Of a DNA stretch of 64,000 nucleotides, positions 37,758 to 47,452 are shown one piece after another. The notes beneath the pieces are model-generated. The model did not search any database. It had not been told where the DNA came from and worked only from the letters and a program-made list of their open reading frames with translations. Origin of the DNA: Minisyncoccota bacterium (lineage in GTDB: Bacteria; Patescibacteriota; Minisyncoccia; Phycocordibacterales; UBA5272); NCBI GenBank assembly GCA_041651055.1, contig JBAZJW010000001.1, positions 306,661 to 370,660 on the forward strand. The letters run 5' to 3'. The position numbers and the translations under genes are program-made. Position 1 is the stretch's first letter. Each line of letters opens with the position of its first letter.

Positions 37758-38291
37758 TTACTTCATCGTCGCACTTTCCAAAATCTTGATCGCATCATCG
37801 TGTACTGTCTTCTTACTTTCCACGACAACAAGCCATTGATTATCAAGAACACGCGCAATATGCCATTCACTACCAGCTGATTCAGCAACCTGCCACTCAT
37901 ATGAGCCGATAGTTGTCGTACCTGTGGTATTTATCACAGAAATCTGTGGTGCAATAAATTTATTAATATACATAAGAGGTGTAAGACCACGACCACCCTC
38001 ATAGCTGAAGTAAATGTTTGCAATAATATTAGAACCATCAACAACTCTAATAAGCGCACCATCCATACTGATCGTTGTCGTAGCAACTTCTGGAATAGAG
38101 AAACTATATTCGATTTGATTGTCTCCTTCGAATGTACGCACAACTTTTCCTGTAACCGTTTTCATGTTCACAGTACTCACAACCTGATTCTTTGGGGCAC
38201 GAGCAGTGTGCTTTTTCATATAATAATAACTTCCGAACACAATAGCAGCCAAACTGACAACAACAAGCAAAAGGGATATATATGTTTTCAT
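37758..38291 (-). CDS. Hypothetical membrane-anchored protein.
   Basis: It has an N-terminal TM helix (MKTYISLLLVVVSLAAIVF) and a beta-rich ectodomain. No family was recognised. The track ORF starts at 38339. Confidence 0.5.
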   Translation of the reverse strand: MKTYISLLLVVVSLAAIVFGSYYYMKKHTARAPKNQVVSTVNMKTVTGKVVRTFEGDNQIEYSFSIPEVATTTISMDGALIRVVDGSNIIANIYFSYEGGRGLTPLMYINKFIAPQISVINTTGTTTIGSYEWQVAESAGSEWHIARVLDNQWLVVVESKKTVHDDAIKILESATMK

Positions 38292-38381
38292 ATGCCCACT
38301 AGTATACGCTTCAAAAAATAGTCTGCAAAGACTAGACAAATAAAGAAAAACCTATACAAAACAGTATATTCTTCTCTTTTT

Positions 38382-38404
38382 TTACATAGGGTGGCCCTAT
38401 GTAA
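38382..38404. promoter_or_regulatory. Perfect palindrome TTACATAGGG-TGG-CCCTATGTAA, copy 2. It overlaps the uvrB stop codon and lies 45-70 bp upstream of gene 37758..38291.
   Basis: It is identical to 34154-34176. Both copies are preceded by ACAAAACAGT, at 0 or 22 nt. Confidence 0.5.
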
Positions 38405-40508
38405 GGCTTGGATTTACCATTCTTCCTTTTAAAACTTCTATTTCGTCGCGAAGTATAGCGGCTGTTTCAAAGTCGAGAATCTTAACAGCTTCTTTCATTG
38501 CCTTCTCCTTAAGCTTTACCAACTTATCCGGATTTTTGGCAAATAACTTCTTGTCGATCGCCAGCTCTGCATTCACCGCTTTCGCGTGATCACTTTGCAT
38601 TTCTTCGGTAATGTCTTTGATATTCTTTTCAATGGTCGTCGGTGTAATACCGTGCTTTTTGTTGTACTCTTCCTGAATAGTCCGTCTGCGGTTCGTCTCA
38701 TTGATGGCACGCTCCATAGAACCTGTCATCACATCCGCATACAAAATAACTCTTCCACGTGAATTACGTGCGGCACGACCAATAGTCTGAATGAGTGATG
38801 TCTCAGAACGGAGGAACCCTTCCTTATCCGCATCCATGATTCCGATTAAGGTTACTTCTGGCAAGTCCAAACCTTCACGAAGCAAGTTCACCCCCACGAG
38901 ACAGTCGAATTCCCCACGACGAAACTTCGTAAGAATCTGAATTCTATCCATCGTTTTAATATCACTGTGTACATACTCTGCTTTCACTCCTTGTTCCTTC
39001 AAATATTCCGAAAGACTCTCCGCCATTTTCTTGGTAAGTGTCGTCACGAGCACGCGGCCACCGATTTTTACATCCTTGAGCACTTCCGCAATAAAATCAT
39101 GCACCTGGCCCTTGTACTTTCCACTTGCGCCAACTTTTCTAACTTCAAGAACAGGATCGAGAAGTCCTGTCGGTCGAATGATTTGCTCGACAACTTGTTC
39201 TGACTCTGTGCGTTCGAAGACTCCTGGTGTCGCACTCACATAGATAACTTCATGCACTCGGCCTTCAAATTCTTCATAACGAAGAGGACGGTTATCCTTT
39301 GCGCTTGGTAAACGAAAACCATATTCCACAAGTGTTGACTTTCGAGACTGATCACCTGCATACATGCCATGCAATTGTGGCAATGTCACATGAGACTCAT
39401 CAATCACAGTTAAAAACTCTGGTTCCCCTTTTGCATTGTGAGGGAAATATTCAAGAAGAGTGTCAGGTGCGACACCTGGTTCTTTTCCTGAGAGATGTCG
39501 TGAATAGTTTTCGATACCCTGACAAAAACCAACTTCCTTTATCATAGCCACGTCATATCTCGTGCGACGCTTGAGACGTTCGGCTTCCAATATCTTTCCT
39601 TCTTTGTCGAATTCCGCGAGACGGACTTTGAGTTCCGCTTCAATAGTCTTCACCGCACGTTCACGTGTCGGCACATCAGAAATAAAGTGCTTTGCTGGGA
39701 AAATAAAATATTCTCCGACAACCTTGAGCAACTTCATCGATACAGGGTCGACAATTTGCATGTGAGAAATTTTCCCACCAGCTATTTCTATTTGTAGCAT
39801 AACCGTTTCAGAAATTGGCATGACATCAATGCGATTTCCAAGCGCGCGAAATGTTCCAGGGTTTAAGTCTGCATTTGTTCTTTCATACTGAATACCGACA
39901 AAACGTTGCATAAGCGATATTTTTGAAAGTGAATCACCGACAGATAGTTTTATATTTTCTCTCTCATAATCTTTCGGGGAACCGAGACCATAAATACACG
40001 ATACTGATGCGACGATAATAGTATCTTTTCGTGTGAGCAGTGCCTGTGTCGAAGCGTGACGAAGTCTATCTATCTCTTCATTTATCTGAGCGTCTTTTTC
40101 TATATACGTATCTGTCACCGGCATGTAGGCTTCCGGTTGATAGTAGTCGTAGTACGATACAAAATAATGCACCGCTGCATCTGGGAAAAAGGTACGAAAT
40201 TCTTGCGCGAGCTGAGCCGCGAGTGTTTTGTTGTGAGCGATCACAAGTGTCGGCTTTTGTATTTGTTGTATAACGTTTGCAATGGTAAAGGTCTTCCCTG
40301 TTCCTGTGGCACCGAGAAGTGTCTGACGCTTCACACCCTTCTTCAGTCCCGCTACAAGCTCTTTGATGGCCTTTGGCTGATCCCCCGCAGGTACGAATCC
40401 TTTCAGGTTAAAAGACCCCTCATGTCTATGAGCTGAGGCGTTTTGCATAGGCGTCGATACTTCCGGTGTCTGTATGGTTGCTTTTGGTTTCTTGAGATTA
40501 CTTGACAT
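38397..40508 (-). CDS. uvrB: Excinuclease ABC subunit B
   Basis: It has helicase motifs (LLGATGTGKTF), a beta-hairpin region and a C-terminal UVR domain, and is 703 aa long. Confidence 0.9.
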   Translation of the reverse strand: MSSNLKKPKATIQTPEVSTPMQNASAHRHEGSFNLKGFVPAGDQPKAIKELVAGLKKGVKRQTLLGATGTGKTFTIANVIQQIQKPTLVIAHNKTLAAQLAQEFRTFFPDAAVHYFVSYYDYYQPEAYMPVTDTYIEKDAQINEEIDRLRHASTQALLTRKDTIIVASVSCIYGLGSPKDYERENIKLSVGDSLSKISLMQRFVGIQYERTNADLNPGTFRALGNRIDVMPISETVMLQIEIAGGKISHMQIVDPVSMKLLKVVGEYFIFPAKHFISDVPTRERAVKTIEAELKVRLAEFDKEGKILEAERLKRRTRYDVAMIKEVGFCQGIENYSRHLSGKEPGVAPDTLLEYFPHNAKGEPEFLTVIDESHVTLPQLHGMYAGDQSRKSTLVEYGFRLPSAKDNRPLRYEEFEGRVHEVIYVSATPGVFERTESEQVVEQIIRPTGLLDPVLEVRKVGASGKYKGQVHDFIAEVLKDVKIGGRVLVTTLTKKMAESLSEYLKEQGVKAEYVHSDIKTMDRIQILTKFRRGEFDCLVGVNLLREGLDLPEVTLIGIMDADKEGFLRSETSLIQTIGRAARNSRGRVILYADVMTGSMERAINETNRRRTIQEEYNKKHGITPTTIEKNIKDITEEMQSDHAKAVNAELAIDKKLFAKNPDKLVKLKEKAMKEAVKILDFETAAILRDEIEVLKGRMVNPSLT

Positions 40509-40578
40509 AGTTGATATATGATTATAGCATAAAAACTAGAAGAACCCTCAACCGCCCTAACCACCAAGGAGACTAGCG

Positions 40579-40932
40579 ATGACCACAAGCCAAAAGCATG
40601 AAGACTGGCAAGATCCTGACGAAGTCGGGAAGCTGCTGGAGGATTTCAAAAAAAATATCGCCCCCTTCCTCCAATTCGTCGGCATTTTGGCCGCGCTCGG
40701 ATTCATATTCGGATACAGTTATATCAACTGGGATCTGGTTTGGAAAAAGATTGAGCCCACCGTGCCGATACTGGCGCAGGCAACCCTGATCGGCACTGCG
40801 TTGTCGCTGACGTGCTGGTATCAGTTGAGCGTCTTTGTACGTCGCTCAGCTGTCATCGTCGGACTGATCGCTTTCCTCGTCCTCCTGTATAGCGGAGTGA
40901 CCACGGGAAGGTATCATCCCTTATACCGATGA
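40579..40932 (+). CDS. Hypothetical small membrane protein (117 aa).
   Basis: An AAGGAG RBS lies 8 nt before the ATG, there are three hydrophobic segments, and a strong terminator follows. Confidence 0.55.
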   Translation: MTTSQKHEDWQDPDEVGKLLEDFKKNIAPFLQFVGILAALGFIFGYSYINWDLVWKKIEPTVPILAQATLIGTALSLTCWYQLSVFVRRSAVIVGLIAFLVLLYSGVTTGRYHPLYR

Positions 40933-40948
40933 GATGGCCATGTGCACA

Positions 40949-40988
40949 GAGGGCCCTGCTTCGCGAGAAGCAGGGCCCTTTTTATTTC
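40949..40988 (+). terminator. Rho-independent terminator.
   Basis: The hairpin is agggccctgcttc-gcga-gaagcagggccc followed by tttttattt. Confidence 0.7.
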
Positions 40989-41002
40989 TTGTTATTTCTT
41001 TT

Positions 41003-42340
41003 TTATTTATAGTATCGCTTGATAAATGTATTCTTAAAATCTTCAAATGTTCCTGCAAGAATATGTTCACGCGCTTCTTCACATAACACCGTCAAAAATT
41101 TAAGATTGTGCAGTGAAGCAAGTGTTGCTGCAAGCATTTCATCAGAACGAAAAAGATGGGAGATATACGCCTTTGTGTACTTATGGGTATACCAACTGTC
41201 TTCTTCCGAAAGTGGAGACATGTCATCCTTGTACTTTACATTGTGCAAATTAACGCGTCCGTCTTTTGTATATATCGCACCATTACGCGCAATACGTGTC
41301 GGTGACACACAGTCAAACGTATCAATACCATTTTCTATACCAAGCAAGATATCAAGTGGCTCACCGATACCGAGCAAATGACGAGGCTTTCCTTCGGGCA
41401 AGATTTCATTCACCCATCTCACCGCTGTACCCATGTCTTCTTTTGTAAAACTCCCCCCGATACCATACCCATCGAAATCCATAGCGCCCAACTCTCGCGC
41501 TGATTCTTTTCGTAAATCTTCATAGGCGCCACCCTGCACCACGCCGAAGAGCGCCTGCATTTCCCCTGTCGCTTCTGACACACCGAGGCGTTTGTGTTCA
41601 TCAAGTGATCGCTTGGCCCACTCATGCGTACGAGCAATTGCTTCTCGTTGGTACTCGATAGGCGCAAGTGGTGACGTACATTCATCAAATGCAAAGAAAA
41701 TATCCGCACCAAGATTGTGCTGTATCTGCATACTTCTCTCTGGTGTGAATCTATGTTCACTACCATCATGAATAGATTTGAATGTCACACCATCGTCATC
41801 AATGTGTGCCAACTTTTCATGTGGACTTTTCTCCTCTTTCTCCATGCGCTTCACCTGACTTTTACTCTGGGCTTCACTGGCAGAAATTTCTTCGCTCGTT
41901 GCGATTTTACTCACACCATGACCGAGCGCTTGTCCAAGAGAAAACACCTGAAACCCTCCCGAGTCAGTAAATGTCGGCATCGGAATCTTTCCTTCTTTTT
42001 GTATTGTATTTTTCTCTAAACTGTTAACTCTTGACTCTTGGCTATTTCTAACCCATCCCATCATCTTTGCGAATCCACCATGATTTTTTACAAGTTCATC
42101 CCCTGGCTGAAGATAGAGATGATAGGTATTCGCGAGCACTGCTTGAGCACCGACATGTTCGGCGACGTCTTCAGGGCGAAGTGACTTCACTGTAGCTTTT
42201 GTACCTACAGTAATAAACGCTGGAGTCTTAATGTCTCCGTGCGGAGTATGAATAATACCCGCGCGCGCCAAAGGCGCGCGCTCCTTACCCTCACCATCCA
42301 CCTCCTCACATTTTTTTACTACCTCAAATGAAAATGACAT
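41003..42340 (-). CDS. tgt: Queuine tRNA-ribosyltransferase (tRNA-guanine transglycosylase) homologue lacking the CxCxxC zinc site.
   Basis: It has the ANTYHL, TDSGGFQV, FAFDEC, VQGG and DTFDCVSPTRIARNG motifs. The zinc-site region reads SEEDSWYTHKYTKAY where CxCxxC would be expected. Confidence 0.8.
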   Translation of the reverse strand: MSFSFEVVKKCEEVDGEGKERAPLARAGIIHTPHGDIKTPAFITVGTKATVKSLRPEDVAEHVGAQAVLANTYHLYLQPGDELVKNHGGFAKMMGWVRNSQESRVNSLEKNTIQKEGKIPMPTFTDSGGFQVFSLGQALGHGVSKIATSEEISASEAQSKSQVKRMEKEEKSPHEKLAHIDDDGVTFKSIHDGSEHRFTPERSMQIQHNLGADIFFAFDECTSPLAPIEYQREAIARTHEWAKRSLDEHKRLGVSEATGEMQALFGVVQGGAYEDLRKESARELGAMDFDGYGIGGSFTKEDMGTAVRWVNEILPEGKPRHLLGIGEPLDILLGIENGIDTFDCVSPTRIARNGAIYTKDGRVNLHNVKYKDDMSPLSEEDSWYTHKYTKAYISHLFRSDEMLAATLASLHNLKFLTVLCEEAREHILAGTFEDFKNTFIKRYYK

Positions 42341-42382
42341 ACAGACACTCTACCACGCCCTTCACGAAATCCCCACTCTTGA

Positions 42383-43525
42383 TTACCGCACCGTCGCTGC
42401 AATAACATCCACCAATTCTTTATCGAACATCGTTGGAAGAATTGATTCATGTGTCGGATTCTTTACATGCGCAGCGAGTGCGAGTGCCGCCTTGGTAAAC
42501 ATGCCGATTTCAAACTGCTTCACATTTCCATTAAGCACACCTTTGAAAAGTCCTGGGAAAATAAGTGAGTTGTTCAACTGATTCGCGAAGTCACTTCGTC
42601 CGGTAGCAATCACTGCAACTCCGGCTTCTTTGGCGACATCTGGCATAATTTCAGGAATTGGATTCGCAAGTGCAAAGACAATAGCATCTTTGTTCATTGA
42701 TTGTGCCATTTCTTTTGTGAGTGCTCCCGCTTTTGAAACCCCGACGAATACATCTGCGCCGACCACTGCGAGAGCGAGCGATCCTTCACTTCCTTTAAGC
42801 GCACTCTTTCCTATGAGTTCCAATTTTTCTTTAGTAAGCTCTTCACGTCCTTCATGAATAATTCCTTTACTATCACAAAAAAGAATATTAGAGAACCCGT
42901 ATGAAAGTAAAATTCGTGAGATTGCCACTCCTGCTGAACCAACACCGTTCACTACAATCTTCACATCTTTACCTTCGCCTCTTCCTGTAACTTTAAGCGC
43001 GTTGATAATACCACCGAGCACCACTGTTGCTGTCCCCCATTGATCATCATGCATCACCGGAATAGATAATTCTGCGCGAAGTCGTTCTTCAATTTCAAAA
43101 CATCGAGGTGCTGCGATATCTTCGAGATTCACTGCACCGAATACTGGAGCGAGCTGCTTCACTGCTTTAATAATTTCTTCTGTGTCTTGCGTGTCCAAAC
43201 AAATAGGAAAGGCGTCCACATCCGCAAAACTTTTCAATATCGCAGCCTTACCTTCCATCACAGGAATAGCTGCGAGTGCTCCAAGATTTCCGAGACCCAA
43301 AATAGCTGAACCATCAGAAATAATAGCCACTGTATTTCGCTTGAGTGTGTACTCGCGAGCAAGTGATGGATCGCGCGCAATTTCACGACACACCTCTGCT
43401 ACCCCTGGCGTATACGCACGAGAAAGATCATCTCTATCATTCATCGGAACTTTTGTGACAAGTCCGATTTTCCCGTGATGTTTTTTGTGAAGCTCTAGCG
43501 CTTCTTTGTTGTAGTCGTGAGGCAT
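42383..43525 (-). CDS. NAD(P)-dependent malic enzyme (short form).
   Basis: It has a malic-enzyme N-terminal domain and an NAD-binding domain (VVNGVGSAGVAI), and is 380 aa long. Confidence 0.85.
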   Translation of the reverse strand: MPHDYNKEALELHKKHHGKIGLVTKVPMNDRDDLSRAYTPGVAEVCREIARDPSLAREYTLKRNTVAIISDGSAILGLGNLGALAAIPVMEGKAAILKSFADVDAFPICLDTQDTEEIIKAVKQLAPVFGAVNLEDIAAPRCFEIEERLRAELSIPVMHDDQWGTATVVLGGIINALKVTGRGEGKDVKIVVNGVGSAGVAISRILLSYGFSNILFCDSKGIIHEGREELTKEKLELIGKSALKGSEGSLALAVVGADVFVGVSKAGALTKEMAQSMNKDAIVFALANPIPEIMPDVAKEAGVAVIATGRSDFANQLNNSLIFPGLFKGVLNGNVKQFEIGMFTKAALALAAHVKNPTHESILPTMFDKELVDVIAATVR

Positions 43526-43629
43526 GGATAGTTAATGGTTACTGGTTTATAGTCATACTAGTGTACGCAGTTCGTGGATTATTGTCTATCTTTGAAAGGT
43601 GGACACCGTGTTACTAAAGGAAAAGAATT

Positions 43630-44514
43630 TTATTTTTTGAGCAACGCATGCTTTTTGTCATACACGGCACTGATTCCAAAAGATATGACCATGACAAGCC
43701 CGCCCAAAACCTGAAGAACAGAAGTTGCTTCAAAGAAAATAAACCAAGCAACGATTCCACCAACAAGCGGCTCTACAACACCATCATACATACTCACCAT
43801 CATCTCATTGCTATGTTTACTAGACCACTGAATCAAAGCATACGGCAGCGCTGTGAAAATAATAATTAATAGAATAAAATGCGAAGCTGTATCTTTTGGA
43901 ATAAGAAAGTCATAATTATTCAACATCATGTATACACCAGATAAAAAGCTCACCGTAAGAAACTGCTGAGCACACAGTACACTTAGATGCACACCGGACT
44001 CCCCTTCGTATCTCTGAGACATCAAAAAATAAAATGCCATAAAAAATGCCGACATAAGTAAAAACAAATCTCCAAAAGCCAGACCGTCTAAGCCTCCAAC
44101 CAAAAAATACATGCCGACACCGGCTCCCAAGAGTGCAAAAGTATCTGTTGTTGTAACGTTGTGTCTGTACATCAAATAACCAAGATACGGAATAAACAAC
44201 ATTCCTAAGTTTGAAATAAAGGAAGTGTTCGCTGCTGTACTTAAATGAAGCCCATACATCTGTGCTATTTCCATAACCGTAATCAAAGAGCCGAGCAATA
44301 TCCCTTCTCTTATTCTGTAAAAGATATTTTTCTTTTTATAGATAGAGTAGACAAGAAAAACTATACCAGTCAATAGAAAGTTGTAAAAAGTAAATGTGAC
44401 AGGATCTATAAAATCAAGAATTCCTTTTTGGAAGGCAAACGATGATCCCCATAAAAAAGCCACAAGTATTATTGCAAGCTTTGTCTTATCCATACGAATC
44501 AAAATATCTTTCAT
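43630..44514 (-). CDS. DMT superfamily (EamA-like) transporter.
   Basis: It has 10 hydrophobic segments and two EamA-like halves. Confidence 0.6.
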   Translation of the reverse strand: MKDILIRMDKTKLAIILVAFLWGSSFAFQKGILDFIDPVTFTFYNFLLTGIVFLVYSIYKKKNIFYRIREGILLGSLITVMEIAQMYGLHLSTAANTSFISNLGMLFIPYLGYLMYRHNVTTTDTFALLGAGVGMYFLVGGLDGLAFGDLFLLMSAFFMAFYFLMSQRYEGESGVHLSVLCAQQFLTVSFLSGVYMMLNNYDFLIPKDTASHFILLIIIFTALPYALIQWSSKHSNEMMVSMYDGVVEPLVGGIVAWFIFFEATSVLQVLGGLVMVISFGISAVYDKKHALLKK

Positions 44515-44517
44515 AGA

Positions 44518-44829
44518 TTATCTATTTGTTTCACCCAGAATCCACTGACCATACGAATCATTTACTTCTGCATCCAATTTTAGTATGCACGGAGTGTCAT
44601 ATGGATGAATGTTTAAGATTTCATCTCGTACGATTTCAAAGTTTTCTTTTCTTGTTTTCAAAAGCGAAACAATTTCTTCTTGATTTTCAATAGAGCCCTT
44701 CCACCAATACCTGCTTGTAATCGGAAAAAAGTTCGCACATGCAATCAATTTATTTTCTAACAAATAATCGACAACTTTATCTGCTTCTTCTTGGTTTTTG
44801 TGCGTTACATAAAGAGTGAGTATTTCCAT
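44518..44829 (-). CDS. cutA: Divalent-cation tolerance protein CutA.
   Basis: EILTLYVTHKNQEEADKVVDYLLENKLIACANFFPITSRYWWKGSIENQEE shows the CutA1 fold pattern. The track ORF starts earlier, at 44868. Confidence 0.7.
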   Translation of the reverse strand: MEILTLYVTHKNQEEADKVVDYLLENKLIACANFFPITSRYWWKGSIENQEEIVSLLKTRKENFEIVRDEILNIHPYDTPCILKLDAEVNDSYGQWILGETNR

Positions 44830-44904
44830 ATCCATAATTATATCATGCATGGTATGACAAAAGACCACCCTTTTATCGTAGCCGAATAGACCAAAAAAGA
44901 TTGC

Positions 44905-44933
44905 TTGACAAAAAATCCTATTTTTATAGGCTA
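44905..44933 (+). promoter_or_regulatory. Candidate sigma70 promoter for 44993..45457, with -35 TTGACA, a 16-17-nt spacer and -10 TAGGCT/TATAGG.
   Basis: TTGACA lies at 44905-44910 and tttttatagg at 44921-44930. Confidence 0.35.
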
Positions 44934-44992
44934 CGTCTAGAGATGTTCACAATCGCGTGACATCATACCCAAAACCTTTGGCAGGAGGCCAT

Positions 44993-45457
44993 ATGACAAC
45001 ATCAACTGTTACCGACCAACTCGTTATTGATGGGAGAATTTTTCTTCCGACAGACAAAAGACTACATTTTGATTCCTATCATTATGAGGGACACGGAGCT
45101 CTATCTTTAAGTAGCTGCATACGTGGTACACATTTTTACCAAAAAGGTAGAAACTTCTGCGGTGTCGAATTTGCCAATTATCACAGTGGTCAATTCAGTA
45201 TTGCTGTGGGAGACGAAATTCAACTGCGGCGTCGAAAAAAGGCCTACATCCAAACACCTGCAAAGATTCTTGGTGTCTATGTCAATAACGATGAAGGAGC
45301 TAGGAAAATAAAAGAGGACAATAAAGACACTGCGGTGAGTTGGCGGAGAACGACCATAACAACTGACTTAATCGTTGTTGTGAAAACCACATCTGGATTG
45401 CTTTTTGGAGAATCCTACTACGAGGAAAGCAATTGGGGCAACAGTCGAAGAAGATAG
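44993..45457 (+). CDS. Hypothetical protein (154 aa).
   Basis: An AGGAGG RBS lies 6 nt before the ATG at 44993 and a strong terminator follows. No family was recognised. The track ORF starts at 44957. Confidence 0.5.
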   Translation: MTTSTVTDQLVIDGRIFLPTDKRLHFDSYHYEGHGALSLSSCIRGTHFYQKGRNFCGVEFANYHSGQFSIAVGDEIQLRRRKKAYIQTPAKILGVYVNNDEGARKIKEDNKDTAVSWRRTTITTDLIVVVKTTSGLLFGESYYEESNWGNSRRR

Positions 45458-45474
45458 TTTTTTGCAAATACCTA

Positions 45475-45503
45475 AGCCGCTCCCTCCAAGGGAGCGGCTT
45501 TTA
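45475..45503 (+). terminator. Rho-independent terminator.
   Basis: The hairpin is agccgctccc-tccaa-gggagcggctttt. Confidence 0.7.
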
Positions 45504-45616
45504 ACAAATTATATTACTACACGTCTTCTCAAAAACCCGATAGCCGAGTCAGAAAATGGATGAGGTACGCCGTTGATTTTTTAAAAATGTTTGGAGACGT
45601 ACTCATTTAAAAATGA

Positions 45617-46519
45617 TTAATGGAGCACCACCCCTTTACTAGCCAAACTCTCTTTGAGGCGGTCAGCTATTTCTTGCTTATTATATTTGTTCATTCTTTC
45701 TTTACCATATGCATCCGAAAACTGTACTGGAGTTATTGGAGCAGCCACAAACTCAACACGTTTTGCTTTCTCATCTATCTTTCGTATTATATACATTTGA
45801 TTAGAGTCGTCCATAAACATGGTTTTGCCTCGCTTGTTCATTTCAAGCAAAACAGAAAAAGGTTTGTCAAAATTTTCACCCGTAGGCTTCCCAAATTTAT
45901 CTACAGGGTTTGAAAAATCCACAACACCTATTTTGGTTACTACTTTTTCTCCATCATAATAAGTACTTTCTTCATCTTCGTAACTTGTACGTTTTGCCAT
46001 CGTTTCAAGCTTCATAAAACCAGCAGAAACTTCAGGATTTTTGAGTATTATTTCATTGTATGATTTACCGTGACCAAAATTCTGTCGATCTATTGCTCTG
46101 TCTATATCTTCTGAAGAATTACGATCACCTCCGATTACTTTTCTTTCTGTAAGAGAAAGTACAACTGAACCATCTTCCCCCCGAGACACCGAAGCAATTT
46201 CTCCATGAGAAAAAATAACACCGAAACCACCAAAAAAAGTACCGTCATTTGTATTTGGACGCACAGTACTTGCGGATAATGTCGGATTAACTCCGTACAA
46301 CAAATCTAATTTATCTGCCACACTTAACTTACGGGTATCTATGCTTTTATTATTTTCAGAAACATCCAAAGCGTCGCCAACTTGAACGGTGTGCACAAAA
46401 AATGCATTTTTCTCCTTCATTTGAGCAACTACATCCAAATGCGAAAGGTTTTCTTTTTTAGAATCTACAGACTCTTGATTTTTCTCCACCGTTCTCGTTG
46501 GAAATGTTTGATCCTCCAT
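45617..46519 (-). CDS. Hypothetical protein (300 aa).
   Basis: It is a long ORF with no recognisable motifs. Its stop is 1 nt from the fba start. Confidence 0.45.
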   Translation of the reverse strand: MEDQTFPTRTVEKNQESVDSKKENLSHLDVVAQMKEKNAFFVHTVQVGDALDVSENNKSIDTRKLSVADKLDLLYGVNPTLSASTVRPNTNDGTFFGGFGVIFSHGEIASVSRGEDGSVVLSLTERKVIGGDRNSSEDIDRAIDRQNFGHGKSYNEIILKNPEVSAGFMKLETMAKRTSYEDEESTYYDGEKVVTKIGVVDFSNPVDKFGKPTGENFDKPFSVLLEMNKRGKTMFMDDSNQMYIIRKIDEKAKRVEFVAAPITPVQFSDAYGKERMNKYNKQEIADRLKESLASKGVVLH

Positions 46520-46520
46520 G

Positions 46521-47411
46521 CTATTTCATATATAACTCCATCTTGGCGCGAACTACTTTCTTCATCTCCTCCTGCCCCTGATGGCCGAATTTATACGGTG
46601 CAACTTCGAGCGGATTTTTGTCCATATATTCTTTTTCACCATCCCTGAATGCTTTACGAATTTCTGTATTGATATGCACAATAGCGATACCAGCATCCAC
46701 GGCCGCAATCAAATCTTCGTCGGTGTTTCCACTCGCACCATGAAGTACAAGCGGCACATCTACCGCACGAGCGATTTCTCGCAATCTCTCAATGTGCAAT
46801 TTTGGCTCAGGTGCATCGATAAGCATGCCATGTATATTTCCAATTGCCGGTGCGAACATATCCACTCCTGTACGAATAATAAAATCCTTCGCTTGCCCCA
46901 TCGTTGTAATATTTTCTTCACTCACCCCTTCTGGAAGAGCACTGTTGAGCGATGACGACTGTCCGATATACCCAAGTTCAGCTTCGACGAGCACACGCTT
47001 ACCGGTCTTTTCCTCATAATTTCTCACGTAATCAACGCATTTCTTTACAAGTGCTACGTTTTCTTCATATGGAAGCTTGGCGCCATCGACAATGACACTG
47101 TCATACCCCGCCTCAACAACTTCCATCACTTTCTCAAACGTATACGTATGGTCGGCATTCAAGAAAATCGCCACATCGTATTCTTGGTTAAGCTCATCCA
47201 CAATCTGTCGTATCATCATCGTCCCCATGTACGCTCGTTCCCCCTCACTCGCACCGATGATAACCGGTTGACCAAGCTCTTGTGCGACTTCGACAATGGC
47301 ACGCGCTTGATCAAGGTTCGAAATATTAAAATGGGCAATGGCATTGCCCCTATCTTTGTACTCACTAATAGTCTCTAGATACACTTCACTTTGAGGGGTT
47401 AGGGATTTCAT
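46521..47411 (-). CDS. fba: Fructose-bisphosphate aldolase class II
   Basis: It has the AIAHFNISNL, NADHTYTFE, ELGYIGQ and LVLHGASG motifs. The track ORF starts at 47480 and would overlap the divergent kinase gene, so the start is probably at MKSLTPQ. Confidence 0.8.
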   Translation of the reverse strand: MKSLTPQSEVYLETISEYKDRGNAIAHFNISNLDQARAIVEVAQELGQPVIIGASEGERAYMGTMMIRQIVDELNQEYDVAIFLNADHTYTFEKVMEVVEAGYDSVIVDGAKLPYEENVALVKKCVDYVRNYEEKTGKRVLVEAELGYIGQSSSLNSALPEGVSEENITTMGQAKDFIIRTGVDMFAPAIGNIHGMLIDAPEPKLHIERLREIARAVDVPLVLHGASGNTDEDLIAAVDAGIAIVHINTEIRKAFRDGEKEYMDKNPLEVAPYKFGHQGQEEMKKVVRAKMELYMK

Positions 47412-47452
47412 ATCAACACAGTATATCGCACCTCGCGTGATACCATAAGTGC

